DNA of 64,000 bases from the IMG/VR virus record IMGVR_UViG_3300005675_000019; one strand, 5' to 3'. Source of the stretch: an uncultured virus (IMG/VR IMGVR_UViG_3300005675_000019) (Duplodnaviria > Heunggongvirae > Uroviricota > Caudoviricetes). The notes under the pieces were generated by a model. That model saw nothing but the letters and a program-made list of their open reading frames with translations. It was not told the DNA's origin and searched no databases. A program made the translations under genes and the position numbers. Shown here piece by piece: positions 61,351 to 64,000 of this stretch (the first letter of the stretch is position 1; the number at the start of each line of letters is the position of its first letter).

Positions 61351-62161
61351 GGCAGCTCCAGGTCAGGCCCTCATCCTGTGCGGAGAGGATGCGCCAGACG
61401 CCATCTGAGAGCGTCAGGGTGTCCGGTGGATCAGGGGTCACGGCCTTGAGCATCATCACGGTCAGGTCCCCGCGCTCGTACTGCTCTGTGGCCTTGCTCA
61501 GGTACTCGAAGTGCTCTGCCCACTTGATGCGGAACACCTTGATAGCTGAGGGTGTGTCCACGTAGGTGTCCGTCAGCGGGGCATAGACGCGGGAGGTGAA
61601 CGTCGCCATCTCAAAGTTCGGGGACTCGACCACATTGGCCAGCGACACTCGCAGCCCGGAGGTCGAGACATAGGACTCCTTGACCAGGTACCAGACCGAG
61701 TTGAGGTAGATCAGGGAGTCGGCAGGGGCAGACTCCGTGCCCGACAGAAAGACCTGGTACTGCGGTGGGTACTTCGAGGAGTCCTCAGCATCCGGCAGGT
61801 ACTTGGCGAAGGCCAGCGCAGCGTAGGCGGTGCCCGGTGCAGTGCCAGCAAGCTCGTCAGCGATCGTTGTCAGGTTGGCAAGGCCGTCCGCGCCCTGGAC
61901 AACGTAGTTGAGCCGGATGGTCTCATCATCCCAGAAATCTGGCGCTCCATGCCCGACGAGATAGGTCTGCCCATGAATGGTAACAACCCGTCTCGCCGGG
62001 ATGGTAACGCTAGAAGCTGTACTTATCTGGCGTTTCTTAACAGCTACACCGTCGATCTTGGAATACGCCAGGACCTCGAACTGACACTTGAAAGTAGTCG
62101 CACTATAGGCGTCAGTAGCTGTAGTTTTGTCGAAGCGTCTGGCTGCGTCCAGGAGTCTCAT
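61334..62161 (-). CDS. Head closure / virion structural protein
   Basis: Position in the neck module; beta-rich. Confidence 0.6.
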   Translation of the reverse strand: MRLLDAARRFDKTTATDAYSATTFKCQFEVLAYSKIDGVAVKKRQISTASSVTIPARRVVTIHGQTYLVGHGAPDFWDDETIRLNYVVQGADGLANLTTIADELAGTAPGTAYAALAFAKYLPDAEDSSKYPPQYQVFLSGTESAPADSLIYLNSVWYLVKESYVSTSGLRVSLANVVESPNFEMATFTSRVYAPLTDTYVDTPSAIKVFRIKWAEHFEYLSKATEQYERGDLTVMMLKAVTPDPPDTLTLSDGVWRILSAQDEGLTWSCHARRA

Positions 62162-62625
62162 ACCTCCCCCGTTCTCATCATGTTAGCTAGCCTGACAGCC
62201 CTGCCCTTTACCTGTGATGCCCATTTACTGTCTAACATACATTTAGCCGCCTCTTGGTATTCTCCTGCCTGCACACTTGATAAAGTGTCCTTAAATCTTT
62301 TGAGACCTTCAACACCAAGATTAAACGCCATATTGACTAGAACACTGCGTCTTGTGTCGTCAAGGGTAGACCACCAAGGTAGGCACCTGTCTAGCGACTC
62401 CATCGTCCTTGTAATATCATTAGTAAGGAGTAACTCAGCCTGCGCAGCAGTTATAGGTTTGCGTCTACCGTCGTGCCCTACCTTACGAAGTTCCTCAGTA
62501 GTAAGTGGGCATGAGTCAAGGTTCCTGCCAACTCCAATTGTCAAAAACCCCTTGGTGCAGCGGTAGGGAGCCAGCTTTAAGCCCTCATCCCTGATCAAAT
62601 CCTGTCTGAGGCTGATCATGTCCAT
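62158..62625 (-). CDS. GH24 (T4-like) lysozyme, probable endolysin
   Basis: DEG.KL.PY.CT.G.LTIGVGRNL...NMAFNLG...SKWA.QV..RA.RL. Confidence 0.92.
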   Translation of the reverse strand: MDMISLRQDLIRDEGLKLAPYRCTKGFLTIGVGRNLDSCPLTTEELRKVGHDGRRKPITAAQAELLLTNDITRTMESLDRCLPWWSTLDDTRRSVLVNMAFNLGVEGLKRFKDTLSSVQAGEYQEAAKCMLDSKWASQVKGRAVRLANMMRTGEV

Positions 62626-62627
62626 CG

Positions 62628-63110
62628 TTATACGCCTGTCACCGGGTCCACGCTGGGAGACACGATCCCGAAGTACGACTTGGCCACGGTCGCTGTCGTG
62701 ACCGCGCCAATGGCCCCGAACGCGGCTACCAGCCGGGTGCGGGCCTTCTCGTACTGCGCTGTCACCTGCGCAATCACGTCCCTGTAGGGGTTGTCGAAGC
62801 GGCTTATCTGAGCCTTCCCATCCGTCACCTGCTTGGCGGCGAACAACGGCATGGTGGCGGTCAACTGCTTGGCCACCGAGTAAGTGGCGAACAGGTTGCA
62901 GGCTGTAAGGAACCTTGCCTCAGCAGCAGTCTTCACTGGCAGGGCCTTCGTCGTTGTGTAGGTGGACTCAAGGGTCAGATCAATCTCCTCGAACTCCTGC
63001 GTGAGCGTGTCAGCGTACAGGTTCAGGTCCAGGACCACGTCCGGGATGTCTTCCTCGCTGACGCCCAGGGCAGCCCGCACGTCGTTGTAGGTGGTATAGG
63101 TCGTCAGCAT
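62628..63110 (-). CDS. Head-tail adaptor
   Basis: YTTYNDVRAALGV N-terminus; position; AAGGAG RBS. Confidence 0.65.
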   Translation of the reverse strand: MLTTYTTYNDVRAALGVSEEDIPDVVLDLNLYADTLTQEFEEIDLTLESTYTTTKALPVKTAAEARFLTACNLFATYSVAKQLTATMPLFAAKQVTDGKAQISRFDNPYRDVIAQVTAQYEKARTRLVAAFGAIGAVTTATVAKSYFGIVSPSVDPVTGV

Positions 63111-63161
63111 GGAAATCTCCTTCCCGGCATTTTACCATGTTGTGACTGATGTTGGCTAAGG

Positions 63162-63190
63162 TTGACAGAACGGTGCGGTGTTGCTAGCAT
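63162..63190 (+). promoter_or_regulatory. Sigma70-like promoter
   Basis: TTGACA-17 nt-TAGCAT. Confidence 0.65.
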
Positions 63191-63212
63191 AACAACTTTA
63201 CTGGAGACCCGA

Positions 63213-63362
63213 ATGAAAACCGAGAAAATCTTCACCTTCCGCATCCCTGTTGAACTGCTCGATGCTGGCCACGCTCTGGCTGAAGCGCAGGACCTTACGT
63301 TGGCCCAACTCATGCGCCGCCTACTGAAGGAGGCCGTGGCAAAGGAGGGGCAGCAATCGTGA
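63213..63362 (+). CDS. Ribbon-helix-helix (CopG/Arc-like) protein
   Basis: IFTFRIPVELL...LA...LTLAQLMRRLL. Confidence 0.75.
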   Translation: MKTEKIFTFRIPVELLDAGHALAEAQDLTLAQLMRRLLKEAVAKEGQQS

Positions 63363-64000
63363 CAGAGACCCTGCCCCAGTCCCCTCGGCGGGCAATGATC
63401 GAGTCCATGTCATTTTCAAAGCTGCCAGACTATCGTTTCATGGGCGTGTACTACATCCAGAACCGTACCTCAAACAAGTTCTATGTAGGGTCCAGCTTCG
63501 ATGTCTACAGCCGGATAAAGTCCCATCTAAACCTGCTGCAGCGCAACTGCCACACAAACATCCACATGCAGAGGTCCTACAACAAACACGGACAAGACAA
63601 GTTTGCTTGGGGTATCTGTGAGGAGGTCTTTGACATTGACCAACTACTGGTAGTAGAGCAGGTGTGGATTGACGTCATGGGTGACTACAACATCTGTGCT
63701 GAGGCTGGCAGTACTAGAGGGTACGTGGCTACGGAGGAGACTAGGGCTAAGTTAAGGGCCAAAAATGCTGGAGAGGGAAACCCAATGTACGGGACCAAGA
63801 GACCAGAAGTTGGTGAGGCTTTTAGGAAACTACACACTGGAAAGGTCTTATCTGAGGACCATAAGCGCAAGTGTAGTGAGGCTCTCAAAGGAAAGCGTGG
63901 CCCGTGGGACAACCCAGAAAGTGCAGCCAAGGTAATCGAGGCAGCGCGTATGGCCAATACTGGAAGGAAGCACTCAGAAGAAACACGAGCAAAAGTATCG
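63359..64000 (+). CDS. GIY-YIG homing endonuclease with NUMOD3 repeats (runs off the window; not in ORF track)
   Basis: Hand translation gives GVYYIQN...FYVGSS...R...H and later TEETRAKL, SEDHKRK, HSEETRAKVS. Confidence 0.88.
   Translation, partial: MTETLPQSPRRAMIESMSFSKLPDYRFMGVYYIQNRTSNKFYVGSSFDVYSRIKSHLNLLQRNCHTNIHMQRSYNKHGQDKFAWGICEEVFDIDQLLVVEQVWIDVMGDYNICAEAGSTRGYVATEETRAKLRAKNAGEGNPMYGTKRPEVGEAFRKLHTGKVLSEDHKRKCSEALKGKRGPWDNPESAAKVIEAARMANTGRKHSEETRAKVS

Overview
The window is a partial genome of a tailed dsDNA phage, probably a siphovirus of Proteobacteria. The head and terminase genes lie outside it, and no integrase or CI repressor is visible. From left to right on the + strand: a non-coding region with helically phased GTTACA repeats and nested palindromes (about 0.9-2.7 kb); a dense early/accessory region of small ORFs (GNAT, AntA-like antirepressor, Zn-ribbon protein plus M28 peptidase, DUF2958, NinX, ArdA, KTSC, a 670 aa + 130 aa pair of unknown function, a decayed tRNA); and a replication and nucleotide-metabolism block (SNF2 helicase, primase-helicase, SSB-like protein, DEDDh exonuclease, MazG-like protein, dNMP kinase, DksA/TraR, full-length PolA, resolvase, ligase, SbcD/SbcC, dCMP deaminase, ThyX) carrying four HNH genes. 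The - strand carries a tail module (GTA-like tail tip, tape measure, frameshifted chaperones, tail tube, neck genes, lysozyme), and an RHH + GIY-YIG cassette on the + strand runs off the right end. The strongest hidden signal is three C4-like antisense RNA cassettes. They share one architecture (promoter, box a in a small hairpin loop, box b, long stem displaying anti-b then anti-a) but have entirely different box sequences, and they sit in front of the antirepressor and two HNH nucleases. Several other structured-RNA candidates are present. All family calls come from motif recognition by eye; no database search was run.
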